In this document: positions 45,991 through 54,276 of the stretch, piece after piece
Layout: every line of letters starts with the position of its first letter
Numbering within the stretch: the stretch's first letter is position 1
Assembly (NCBI GenBank): GCA_964517145.1
Contig: CAZFBN010000004.1
Location: 3,461 to 67,460, forward strand
Direction of reading: 5' to 3'
Origin: an uncultured Saprospiraceae bacterium
Lineage (GTDB): Bacteria > Bacteroidota > Bacteroidia > Chitinophagales > Saprospiraceae
DNA: 64,000 nucleotides
Notes under the pieces: generated by a model
The model's input: only the letters and a program-made list of their open reading frames with translations
What the model was told of the DNA's origin: nothing
The model's database searches: none
Translations under genes and position numbers: made by a program

Positions 45991-46767
45991 TTACTCAATT
46001 TGAGCATTGGCATAATAAGTTGCCGCCGCTTCAAAGTCGCCAAAAAGTCGCAACATTTCTAATAAAGCCAGGTTCAACTTTTCACCGGCATCCGCTAATA
46101 CTTCGCGGTCGGCGCATTCCATCGCTGCACTCAGTTCATCGAGCGCTTCGCTTACACCGATCTGTGTAGTGCGCAATTTCCAGGCTTGATCTTTATTAAA
46201 TTCGTACAACTCTGCATCAAAAGGTTTTGCCAAAAGCATATTCCATTTTTGATTCAGCGCTACCGACATTTCCATCACGTCTTCCCATTGTAACATATCG
46301 AGCATTTCATCCTGCACGGTTTCGTTAAAAACCCCAATACTTGCCTGAAAATTGTATATATAATCCAAATAATAATCAATGTGATAAGTGGTGCGCAAGG
46401 TATAAAGCGAGCGTTTTACCGCATCGAGCTGCGTGTAAGCTCGTTCATACTGATTGGCATCAATGGCAAAAAAAGCGGCGCTCAGTTGCTTGTCCACCTG
46501 ACGAAAAGTATTGCGCCAATCGGGCTCCGTCTTACTCATTTCGTAGCGGTGGCGCAATTGTTGCCAATGGTAGCCCAAGTGAAAAACGGCGCGTTTGGCT
46601 TCAAAATTATTGCCTTCAGCAACATAAAACAGCACCGGCAGAAAAGCTTGATCGAACCGCACGAATTCTCGGCGAATATCGTTTTGCGGGAGTACCTGCG
46701 TTCGGCAATCTGCTTTTAAAGCGATTAGCATCAACGCAATCACACAGGCAATAGGTAGGTGTTTCAT
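45991..46767 (-). CDS. Hypothetical secreted, predicted all-helical protein
   Basis: ATG at 46767 gives the signal-like MKHLPIACVIALMLIALKA. No family recognised. Confidence 0.55.
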   Translation of the reverse strand: MKHLPIACVIALMLIALKADCRTQVLPQNDIRREFVRFDQAFLPVLFYVAEGNNFEAKRAVFHLGYHWQQLRHRYEMSKTEPDWRNTFRQVDKQLSAAFFAIDANQYERAYTQLDAVKRSLYTLRTTYHIDYYLDYIYNFQASIGVFNETVQDEMLDMLQWEDVMEMSVALNQKWNMLLAKPFDAELYEFNKDQAWKLRTTQIGVSEALDELSAAMECADREVLADAGEKLNLALLEMLRLFGDFEAAATYYANAQIE

Positions 46768-46884
46768 ACGAGGAGCATTAATTTGGTTAGGAAACGGGAT
46801 GCCAGATAATAGTACACAAAGCCAGTCGCAGAAAAAAATCCAATCATCCAGCATCCCTTTACACGAATCATTCTCAGGAAAACA

Positions 46885-47325
46885 TTATGCGACTTCAATC
46901 TTTCTTACTTGTTCTTCTGGCTTACTTATTACTTTTTTAGGCAATGACATTTTCAAAATTCCATCTTGATACGTTGCATTCACATTTTCAGGCATCGCAT
47001 TTTCCGGCAGGCGGAAAGAGCGACTGAAAGCACTGTAGCTAAATTCCCGACGAGCGTAATGGTCTTTTTTCTCTTCACTTTCTGTTTTCGTTGCTGCGCT
47101 GATCGTCAACATACCGTTCTTGATCGCCACGTTAAAATCCTCTTTTTTCATCCCTGGAGCTGCCAGTTCCAGGTGGTAGGCAGTGTCAGTCTCCACAACA
47201 TTTACTGCCGGTACAGTAGCTGCCACTTTCCAAGTGTTGAAAAAATCTTCATCGTTGAAGAAATTTTCAACCATTGAATTGAATGCGGGCAACCAGTCGC
47301 CTCTGCGCCAAGGAATAAGTGACAT
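46885..47325 (-). CDS. Hsp20/alpha-crystallin family small heat-shock protein
   Basis: Alpha-crystallin domain (PAVNVVETDTAYHLELAAPGMKKEDFNVAIKNGMLTISA...FSRSFRLPENA...ATYQDGILKMSLPK). Confidence 0.9.
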   Translation of the reverse strand: MSLIPWRRGDWLPAFNSMVENFFNDEDFFNTWKVAATVPAVNVVETDTAYHLELAAPGMKKEDFNVAIKNGMLTISAATKTESEEKKDHYARREFSYSAFSRSFRLPENAMPENVNATYQDGILKMSLPKKVISKPEEQVRKIEVA

Positions 47326-47441
47326 AACACCTCCTCTTTTTTAGCGGTTAAATTATTGAATGCTAAATGTTGAACGCAATTGCATTGACATTGCTGTGTC
47401 AATAAGGAAGATTCAACGCTTCAGCACCCTTTCACTTCTAC

Positions 47442-47449
47442 CAAAACTA
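47442..47449 (-). promoter_or_regulatory. Bacteroidota -7 promoter box (TAgtTTTG on the minus strand) for hsp20
   Basis: The plus strand reads caaaacta. This implies a leader of about 110 nt ending in aaaagaggaggtgttATG. Confidence 0.4.
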
Positions 47450-47665
47450 TCTCTATACAAGCATTTTAGAAATGATTTTTGTCAGTAAAGCAGTTGATTT
47501 TAAATGAATTAGAGGTGCAGAAAAAAACATGATGTGGTCTGGAGGCAAAAAAGCAGTTTATTATTTACATTATACAGCATTTTGATAATGGGTTAGTTAA
47601 AGCGGCGAGGCTTTAATAACAAATACTTTCGTTACAACATAATTTTACACTAAATCACTAAAACG

Positions 47666-48211
47666 CTATTTCAATCTTCCCAAATTGCCAATTTTAATGG
47701 AAAGCGTATTGACCAAGGTGTGCAAGTTTTTATTGGTAAACTCGGACAACTGCACATCTCCCACCACGCGATACCCTGCGCTCAAACCCAATCGCACGCT
47801 TCTACCCAACGCTACTTCAACCCCAGCCTCTGGCGTCAACAGCCAAAAGCGGTCATTCTGGCGCGCTGCGTCGGTCAAGCCTTCCTGTCGAGCATTGCCT
47901 ACGCCGCCTTTAAAACCCAAGGTGACTGCCAGATATTCATTCGCCGGGTGCGCGTAGCCCAGCCAAAGCCCGCCAAAGGTCAGGTTCAAATCGTTTGAAT
48001 AGCCCTGATCGCCCACTTGTCCCGTTTTGGAGGAGTACATGCCAAATGCCCCCACCAGCCAGCGTTTCAGCGCAATGCCTCCTCCGGCACCGGCACCCAG
48101 GCTAATCACGCCATCAATTTCGTTGATTTCTGCCATTGGCGCAAGAAAAGCACCTTGAGCATTCATTTTTAAGAAGAAAAATAGTAGAAATAAAATTAAA
48201 ATAATGCGCAT
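47666..48211 (-). CDS. Putative small outer-membrane beta-barrel protein
   Basis: Signal peptide from ATG at 48211 (MRIILILFLLFFFLKMNAQ), followed by alternating Gly/aromatic-rich strands. The call is weak. Confidence 0.5.
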   Translation of the reverse strand: MRIILILFLLFFFLKMNAQGAFLAPMAEINEIDGVISLGAGAGGGIALKRWLVGAFGMYSSKTGQVGDQGYSNDLNLTFGGLWLGYAHPANEYLAVTLGFKGGVGNARQEGLTDAARQNDRFWLLTPEAGVEVALGRSVRLGLSAGYRVVGDVQLSEFTNKNLHTLVNTLSIKIGNLGRLK

Positions 48212-48325
48212 GGCAAGGATCATTTGAAAAGGCAACCCGCCCCATTCATTACACTTGAAAGCTGTAAAAAGTTAACCAAAACGCGCAGAATTATGGATGA
48301 TTCAGTGGAACATGCTATTTTCAAA

Positions 48326-49306
48326 CTATAAAATGCCGAGGTGCACAATTCTGCCACCTGTTTGATTCACTGGAGCCACGCTTTTGCCTATGATGATGCC
48401 ATCCTCCGGCGCCAAATATTCTTTCACCATATCCCCAAAAATATTCCGCAAAGTAGCAATACGTTCCTTGGCTTGCACAAAATCCGTCACATCAGGTTGC
48501 ACCGTCAAAATGCCGCCTGTATCTGTGTAAATCCAATAAGATTTGCGACAAATAACAGGAGGTTTGGTAGCAGGTTCAATTTCATTCTCAATCATATTCA
48601 AATAAACCATCAAATTATGAATACCTGACAAACCCGACAAAATATAATTTTTTTGAAAAGTATGCGGATTTCCTAGCTCCAGCGTGATCGCGTGAATGCC
48701 CATCATCCCGGCGGCACCGCGCAGCGTGCCATCTGTGCCTGCGTTGTTCACAACGATTTCAGCGTTTTGTAACAGCGCCATTTGTCGTGTAACCGGATTT
48801 TCCATGTCGGCACGAATGTAATAAGAATTGATGCGCCCGAAGCTCGCGGTATGCAGATCAACAAGGTAACCAAATTCTTTAACAATCCGATTGACAAAAC
48901 GATAGGCATACACCTCACTCATATTGCCCTTGGCTTTGCCGGGCATGATGTCGTTGATGTCTGTTCCATCAATAAATTCGCGCTGATTGGCGAGTAGCGA
49001 GGGAATATTCACTACGGGAATACCGACTACGGTTCCTTTCAAACTGCGTACATCCAGTTCTCTAAAAAGACGTTGAATAACTGAGATGCCGTTCAATTCG
49101 TTGCCGTGCACCGCAGCAGTGATGCCCAACACCGGACCGTCCTGCTCGCCTTTTGCAACAATAATTGGCACATACGTGGGCATCCCCATGCCGTTTGTCA
49201 CCAAATGCACCCAAAATCTGGAGATTTTTCCGCTGGGTACTTCACTGAGATTCAGCTCTTTGATTACATGTGTGTTTTCTCTCAACAGTAAAAGTGGACT
49301 TTCCAT
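48326..49306 (-). CDS. Succinylglutamate desuccinylase/aspartoacylase (AstE/AspA, M14-like) family protein
   Basis: GPVLGITAAVHGNELNG ... LVDLHTASFG is typical of this zinc hydrolase family. Confidence 0.8.
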   Translation of the reverse strand: MESPLLLLRENTHVIKELNLSEVPSGKISRFWVHLVTNGMGMPTYVPIIVAKGEQDGPVLGITAAVHGNELNGISVIQRLFRELDVRSLKGTVVGIPVVNIPSLLANQREFIDGTDINDIMPGKAKGNMSEVYAYRFVNRIVKEFGYLVDLHTASFGRINSYYIRADMENPVTRQMALLQNAEIVVNNAGTDGTLRGAAGMMGIHAITLELGNPHTFQKNYILSGLSGIHNLMVYLNMIENEIEPATKPPVICRKSYWIYTDTGGILTVQPDVTDFVQAKERIATLRNIFGDMVKEYLAPEDGIIIGKSVAPVNQTGGRIVHLGIL

Positions 49307-49521
49307 GACTTCAAAATCTTTAGTAATTCTTTCGCACTGCCCTTGCCTGTGTAACGACTGCTTTTCAGATTGGTTTCAAAAATTGAGACGTAAAAACTGA
49401 AAAAAAGTCACTTAGTATCAAATTTACACTAATATACTAAAAAAACGCACTTTTTATACCTTCCGCTCCCTGCTTAGAAGAAATTTAACTTTTCCCCCTC
49501 CTCAAAATTCCAAATAACACA

Positions 49522-50832
49522 TCACTCTTTATAAAACAACCACTTCCCCAGCTCTTTCATCGTCACTTTTTTGCCATACATCAAAATACCAACCCGATAA
49601 ATTCTACCTGCCAGCCACACAAAAAAGATACAAGTCGCTGCTAATATTAAAATCGAAACTGCAATTTGCCAAAACGGTGGATTGAACGCCAGGCGCGCCG
49701 GCATGACAATAGGCGAAAACAATGGGAAAATCGAAGACCAAACGGCTAGGCTCGAGTTAGGCGCTTGCACGGCTACAAACATGATGTAAAAAGCAATAAT
49801 GACTGGAATGGTGATCGGCAGCGTCAGCGTTTGCCCTTCGCCCAGGTCGTCCCCCATTGCCGAACCAACGGCTGCAAACAAGGACGAATACAGAAAATAC
49901 CCTCCTAGAAAATACAAAATAAACATGGGCAAAATGAGCCACCAGTTTTGGCTACGGAACTCTTGCATGGCTAAGCCAATCAGGGCTTCGGTGTCGCCCG
50001 CGCTGATTTCGGTTGCAGCAGCAGCATTAGATTGGCTTGTATCAAAACCAAAAATCAAATTAATTAAAAAACTGGTAGCGGGTATTAAAATTGCCCAAAT
50101 GGCAACCTGCGTCAGCCCCACCGCGCCTACGCCAATAATTTTGCCCAGCATTAATTGGAAAGGCTTTACACTCGATATCATAACTTCTACAATACGGCTG
50201 GTTTTTTCTTCCATTACGCTGCGCATCACCATCATACCGTAAATAAAAACCGTCATGTACATAATAATGCCCATCAAGCTGCCAATACCTGCGGCGATGG
50301 CACCCGTCAGGTTGGTTGCGTCCTCGCCTTCGGGATCAATCGGCTCCGGCTCTATATCTATTTGTGTATCAAGGGCTTCGAGTTGCCGGCGTTCCAATTT
50401 TAAGCCTTCAATTTTATAATCGCGCAAGCTATTATCCACCCGGTCTCTGAGAAGTGTTTCTACATCAAGTGTCGGTGGCTCCGGTGAATAATAATAAGCC
50501 GTGTATTTTTTATTAAATAAATCCTTCAAAGTAGGTAATACAAGGATGCCATCATAATCATATTCATCAAATTTTTCACGCAATGCCGCCAGATTCGTTT
50601 TTTCAAATTTAAAATACAAATTGGGTTCATCAGGCACACTGCCTTTCATAATATTCCCCTCATCAATAATAGCAATGCGCTTCGTATCATCGCTTTGATA
50701 TTGAAAAATAAGCCCCACCACAATAAAAAACACAGCAAAACCCACCGGCGTCAAAATGGTAGCAAGAATAAAAGAACGCCGCGTAACGCGCGTGAGATAT
50801 TCTCGTTTTATAATAAGTCCAAGTTTATTCAT
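49522..50832 (-). CDS. ABC-2 type transporter permease (NatB-like)
   Basis: An N-terminal TM helix, a large extracytoplasmic loop, then five TM helices. It lies directly downstream of the ABC ATPase. Confidence 0.8.
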   Translation of the reverse strand: MNKLGLIIKREYLTRVTRRSFILATILTPVGFAVFFIVVGLIFQYQSDDTKRIAIIDEGNIMKGSVPDEPNLYFKFEKTNLAALREKFDEYDYDGILVLPTLKDLFNKKYTAYYYSPEPPTLDVETLLRDRVDNSLRDYKIEGLKLERRQLEALDTQIDIEPEPIDPEGEDATNLTGAIAAGIGSLMGIIMYMTVFIYGMMVMRSVMEEKTSRIVEVMISSVKPFQLMLGKIIGVGAVGLTQVAIWAILIPATSFLINLIFGFDTSQSNAAAATEISAGDTEALIGLAMQEFRSQNWWLILPMFILYFLGGYFLYSSLFAAVGSAMGDDLGEGQTLTLPITIPVIIAFYIMFVAVQAPNSSLAVWSSIFPLFSPIVMPARLAFNPPFWQIAVSILILAATCIFFVWLAGRIYRVGILMYGKKVTMKELGKWLFYKE

Positions 50833-50867
50833 TTTAAAATATCATTTTTTAAAATAAAATGTAACAA

Positions 50868-50900
50868 CCTTTCAACCTTTCAACTTTTCAACTTTTTCAA
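50868..50900. repeat. Four tandem copies of an 8-9 bp unit, CYTTTCAA
   Basis: The array reads cctttcaa cctttcaa cttttcaa ctttttcaa. It spans the stop codon of the ABC ATPase gene, whose C-terminus ...VLKKLKS is encoded by the repeat. Confidence 0.7.
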
Positions 50901-51806
50901 CACACTATTAGAATCATTTACCTGTTTTATAAATATTTCATTCAAAGTGGGCAAAATTTCGTTAAAAGCCTGAATGTAAACCCCTTCGTTTAGCAGGTAT
51001 TGTAATAATGTATTGGAGTTTTGTGCTTCTGATAATTGCACGATGATAGCGCCGTCTTTTTGTTTTACAACATTTACCCGGGTGCTCAAATCCGTCGGGA
51101 GCGTCCCTTGATAATCAATTTTAAATAAATTCTCTTTAAATTTATTTTTAATGTTTTTCACATTGCCTTCCAGCACGTTTTCGCCCTTATTAATCAAAAC
51201 AATATTGTCACAAATTTCCTCTACCTGCTCCATACGGTGCGTCGAAAAAATAATACTAATGCCTTTTTCATTTAATTCATGAATTTCATCTTTAATAAGG
51301 TTGGCGTTAATTGGATCCAGCCCTGAGAAAGGTTCGTCCAGAATCATCAGTTTCGGGCGATGCACCACCGTAGCAATGAATTGAATTTTTTGCTGCATCC
51401 CTTTCGACAATTCATCGATCTTCTTCGACCACCAGTCTTCAATATCAAATTTTTGAAACCAATGGTCTATTTCCCGGCGCGCCTGGCTGCGCGACAAGCC
51501 CTTGAGCTGCGCCAAATACAGCAAATGATCGCCTACTTTCATTCTTTTGTACAAACCGCGTTCTTCTGGCATGTAGCCAATTTGCTCCGGGTGGCGGCTA
51601 TTCAGTTTTTCGCCATCGAGCCACACCTCGCCTGCATCTGCCTTTGTAATGGAGGTAATAATGCGAATGATGGAAGTTTTGCCGGCACCGTTCGGACCCA
51701 GCAAGCCAAAAATGCTGCCCTTTGGCACTTCAAAACTGACGTGATTGACCGCAATTTGTTTTTCGTAGGATTTTAAAACGTTTTCTAATCGTAAGATATT
51801 CGACAT
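50880..51806 (-). CDS. ABC transporter ATP-binding protein (NatA-like)
   Basis: Walker A GLLGPNGAGKTS, signature LSKGMQQK, and Walker B LMILDEPFSGLD. ATG at 51806 is preferred. Confidence 0.9.
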   Translation of the reverse strand: MSNILRLENVLKSYEKQIAVNHVSFEVPKGSIFGLLGPNGAGKTSIIRIITSITKADAGEVWLDGEKLNSRHPEQIGYMPEERGLYKRMKVGDHLLYLAQLKGLSRSQARREIDHWFQKFDIEDWWSKKIDELSKGMQQKIQFIATVVHRPKLMILDEPFSGLDPINANLIKDEIHELNEKGISIIFSTHRMEQVEEICDNIVLINKGENVLEGNVKNIKNKFKENLFKIDYQGTLPTDLSTRVNVVKQKDGAIIVQLSEAQNSNTLLQYLLNEGVYIQAFNEILPTLNEIFIKQVNDSNSVLKKLKS

Positions 51807-51986
51807 AATGTTCAGTTTACCAAAAACCAAGGTAGCTCGAAAATCCTACAACTTGTCCAAATTTTATATTGAAATTTGGTTTTTACCGATGAAATAAAAA
51901 TCTGATTGGTTAAAATACATTTTTGAAAGCAGCATAAAACATCAATTTCCAATTACTTTTGTCGTTCCTATTTCGATCTACATTCT

Positions 51987-52937
51987 ATGCAACACAACAA
52001 GCGGAACACCTGGTACATCATTGCCAATCCTACGGCTGGTAAAAATGCGGTTGCCCGCTGCTGGCAAGCGTTGGAAGCTTTTTTGAATCAGCATTTGCCC
52101 GATCACGTAGCGGTGAAAACGCAGCGCCGTGCACATGCTACTGAGCTTGCACAGGAAGCCATTCGGCAGGGCTATCGAAAAATTATTGCCGTGGGCGGCG
52201 ATGGAACCAATTTTGAAGTCATCAATGGTATTTTGCAACAACAGGAAGTGCCTGCCACCGATATTATTTATGCGCTGTTGCCCGTTGGTACTGGGAATGA
52301 CTGGATTCGCACGCATCAAATTCCTAAAAATTGGGAAAAATGGATGCAAATGTTACAAAACGGGAAAACTTTGTTACAAGACGTTGGCGTGGTTCATTTT
52401 TTTGAAAAGGACAAACCGGCGCAGCGTTATTTCGTCAATGTGGCGGGTATGGCGTATGATGCTTTTGTGGTGCATTATGCAGCGCAATACAAACGTTGGG
52501 TGATTCACAAAATTTTATACTTATTCATGGTCATGCGTTGTTTGTTCAAATACAACCTCACGCGTGCACAAGTGATTTTCAACGAAAAATCCATTGAAGA
52601 TTATTTTTATACCATCAATATCGGCATTGGTCGCTATTCGGGCGGCGGCATGCGCCTGGTGCCGCACGCTGACCCTACCGATGGGCAGTTAGCGCTTACC
52701 CTTGCCCGTAGAGTGTCAAAATTGGGCGTGCTGCTCAACACGTATCGTTTTTACAATGGCACTTTGGGTGAGCACCCGCAGATTGATTTGTACCAAACGA
52801 CTCACATTCGAGTGGAGTCTTTGGAAAAAGGGCAAGCGCTTTGGGTAGAAGCAGACGGCGAGTTTTTGGGCGATGCGCCGGCAACATTTTCTTTACTTTC
52901 CAATGCTTTGAGAATAGTAGTGCCAGAGGCTAATTGA
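51987..52937 (+). CDS. Diacylglycerol/lipid kinase family protein (YegS/BmrU-like)
   Basis: IIANPTAGKN ... IIAVGGDGTNFEVINGI ... LPVGTGNDW. A TActTTTG -7 box sits at 51954-51961. Confidence 0.8.
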   Translation: MQHNKRNTWYIIANPTAGKNAVARCWQALEAFLNQHLPDHVAVKTQRRAHATELAQEAIRQGYRKIIAVGGDGTNFEVINGILQQQEVPATDIIYALLPVGTGNDWIRTHQIPKNWEKWMQMLQNGKTLLQDVGVVHFFEKDKPAQRYFVNVAGMAYDAFVVHYAAQYKRWVIHKILYLFMVMRCLFKYNLTRAQVIFNEKSIEDYFYTINIGIGRYSGGGMRLVPHADPTDGQLALTLARRVSKLGVLLNTYRFYNGTLGEHPQIDLYQTTHIRVESLEKGQALWVEADGEFLGDAPATFSLLSNALRIVVPEAN

Positions 52938-53118
52938 ATCGAAAGTCGAAAGGAAGGAATGGTGCCTTTTTATTGACATGATGAATGAATTAGCTCCTCT
53001 TCCTAATTTTTTTTTAAAATTTTTTCTAAAAAAAGTGACCTGCCTCGATTTGCTGCGTATCAATAATAAAACGCATCCCATTTAAAGCAAATTAAATCCG
53101 TAATAAAAACCTTTTAAA

Positions 53119-53811
53119 ATGAAAAAGATAAGTCTGATTGTTCTTTGTCTTAGTTTGTTTTTTGCAGCACAGGCACAGCTTACTCCAAAAGGCGTCGCTC
53201 AGTCGCAGGTAATGGAAAGAACCGAAACGATGAGTATGGGCAACAAAACTGCTTTGGTAGTGCAGCTGTCGGGTGTGAGCGAAAAGCAAGTAGGGGAATT
53301 CTGGGAGAAATTTATGAAAAAGCGCTACAATGCGAAAGCCGAGTGGCAGCGCAAATCGAAAGAATGGTTTATTGACAACATCAACCTGCCTGCAATTGGC
53401 GGCGCAACACCTGTGGATTTACACGCAACTGCAAAAGGCAAGGAAAATGCAACGTTTTCGCTGTGGGTCAACATGGGTACGGAATTTTTGAATTCTGACC
53501 AGTATTACAGCCAATACAAAGAAGCTGAGAAGTTGGTGGAAGATTTTACAACAGAAGTAGAAAAAGAAAAAATAGCAATAGAACTGGCAGACCAGGAAAA
53601 GCAATTGAAGTCTTTTGAAAAAGAACTGGAAAAACTAATCGCTGCTAATGATCGCTATCACAAGGAAATAGAGAAAGCAAAAGCAGCCATTCAAGAGGCG
53701 GAAAATAACATTGTACAAAACGAAAAAGACCAGGAGTTGGCTCGCCAAAAGATTGAAAATCAGAAAAAAGTAGTAGAAACCGTACAGCAGAAAAAGAACG
53801 ATATTCAGTAA
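53119..53811 (+). CDS. Hypothetical secreted protein with a C-terminal coiled coil
   Basis: Signal peptide MKKISLIVLCLSLFFAAQAQ. The C-terminal half is heptad-like and rich in E, K and Q. Confidence 0.55.
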   Translation: MKKISLIVLCLSLFFAAQAQLTPKGVAQSQVMERTETMSMGNKTALVVQLSGVSEKQVGEFWEKFMKKRYNAKAEWQRKSKEWFIDNINLPAIGGATPVDLHATAKGKENATFSLWVNMGTEFLNSDQYYSQYKEAEKLVEDFTTEVEKEKIAIELADQEKQLKSFEKELEKLIAANDRYHKEIEKAKAAIQEAENNIVQNEKDQELARQKIENQKKVVETVQQKKNDIQ

Positions 53812-53934
53812 AAGGGAGCTTCTGGCGGAAGCACTTTAGCTCAAAAACCGATTCGATTTAATAGATTGGGTAGCCGAAATATATAGGGTAAAGGCATAGG
53901 ATTGTTATTAAGGTTTTAAGAAAACTATTCTCCG

Positions 53935-53972
53935 GCGAGCGATTGTGATGATCGCTCGCTTTTTTATTTTTT
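53935..53972 (+). terminator. Rho-independent terminator about 120 nt downstream of the coiled-coil gene
   Basis: gcgagcgat (53935-53943) pairs with atcgctcgc (53951-53959), followed by ttttttatttttt. Confidence 0.7.
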
Positions 53973-53989
53973 AACACTTCGTTACAAAC

Positions 53990-53998
53990 TTATCCACA
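53990..53998 (+). promoter_or_regulatory. Consensus DnaA box TTATCCACA
   Basis: Exact 9-mer match, in a non-coding region upstream of dnaB. Confidence 0.5.
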
Positions 53999-54151
53999 TT
54001 TCGACGTTTGTACTTTACTTAACATTGCGTATATTTACTAATTCAAAAGCGACAAGAAGAGGCAATGATAAATATTTAATTTTTTCTAATAAATATTTTT
54101 TACATCTAAAAAAACCGCATTTAATTAACATACACTTTACAAATCCGTTGT

Positions 54152-54193
54152 TTTTCCACATTTTCTGCACCTGTTATCCACAATTGTTGATAA
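54152..54193. promoter_or_regulatory. Cluster of three DnaA-box-like 9-mers upstream of the dnaB promoter
   Basis: TTTTCCACA is at 54152-54160 and TTATCCACA at 54174-54182. TTATCAACA lies on the minus strand at 54185-54193. The last two form the near-palindrome ttatccacaattgttgataa. Confidence 0.5.
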
Positions 54194-54234
54194 GCTAACC
54201 TTGTTTTTCACGCGTAAATCTCGTTCAGAAAGTG

Positions 54235-54242
54235 TAGTTTTG
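54235..54242 (+). promoter_or_regulatory. Bacteroidota -7 promoter box (TAgtTTTG) for dnaB
   Basis: It matches the established TAnnTTTG consensus 35 nt upstream of the ATG. A TTG at 54201 is a possible -33 element. Confidence 0.45.
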
Positions 54243-54276
54243 TAGAAAGAGCAATATAAATTTAGATATTTTTAAT

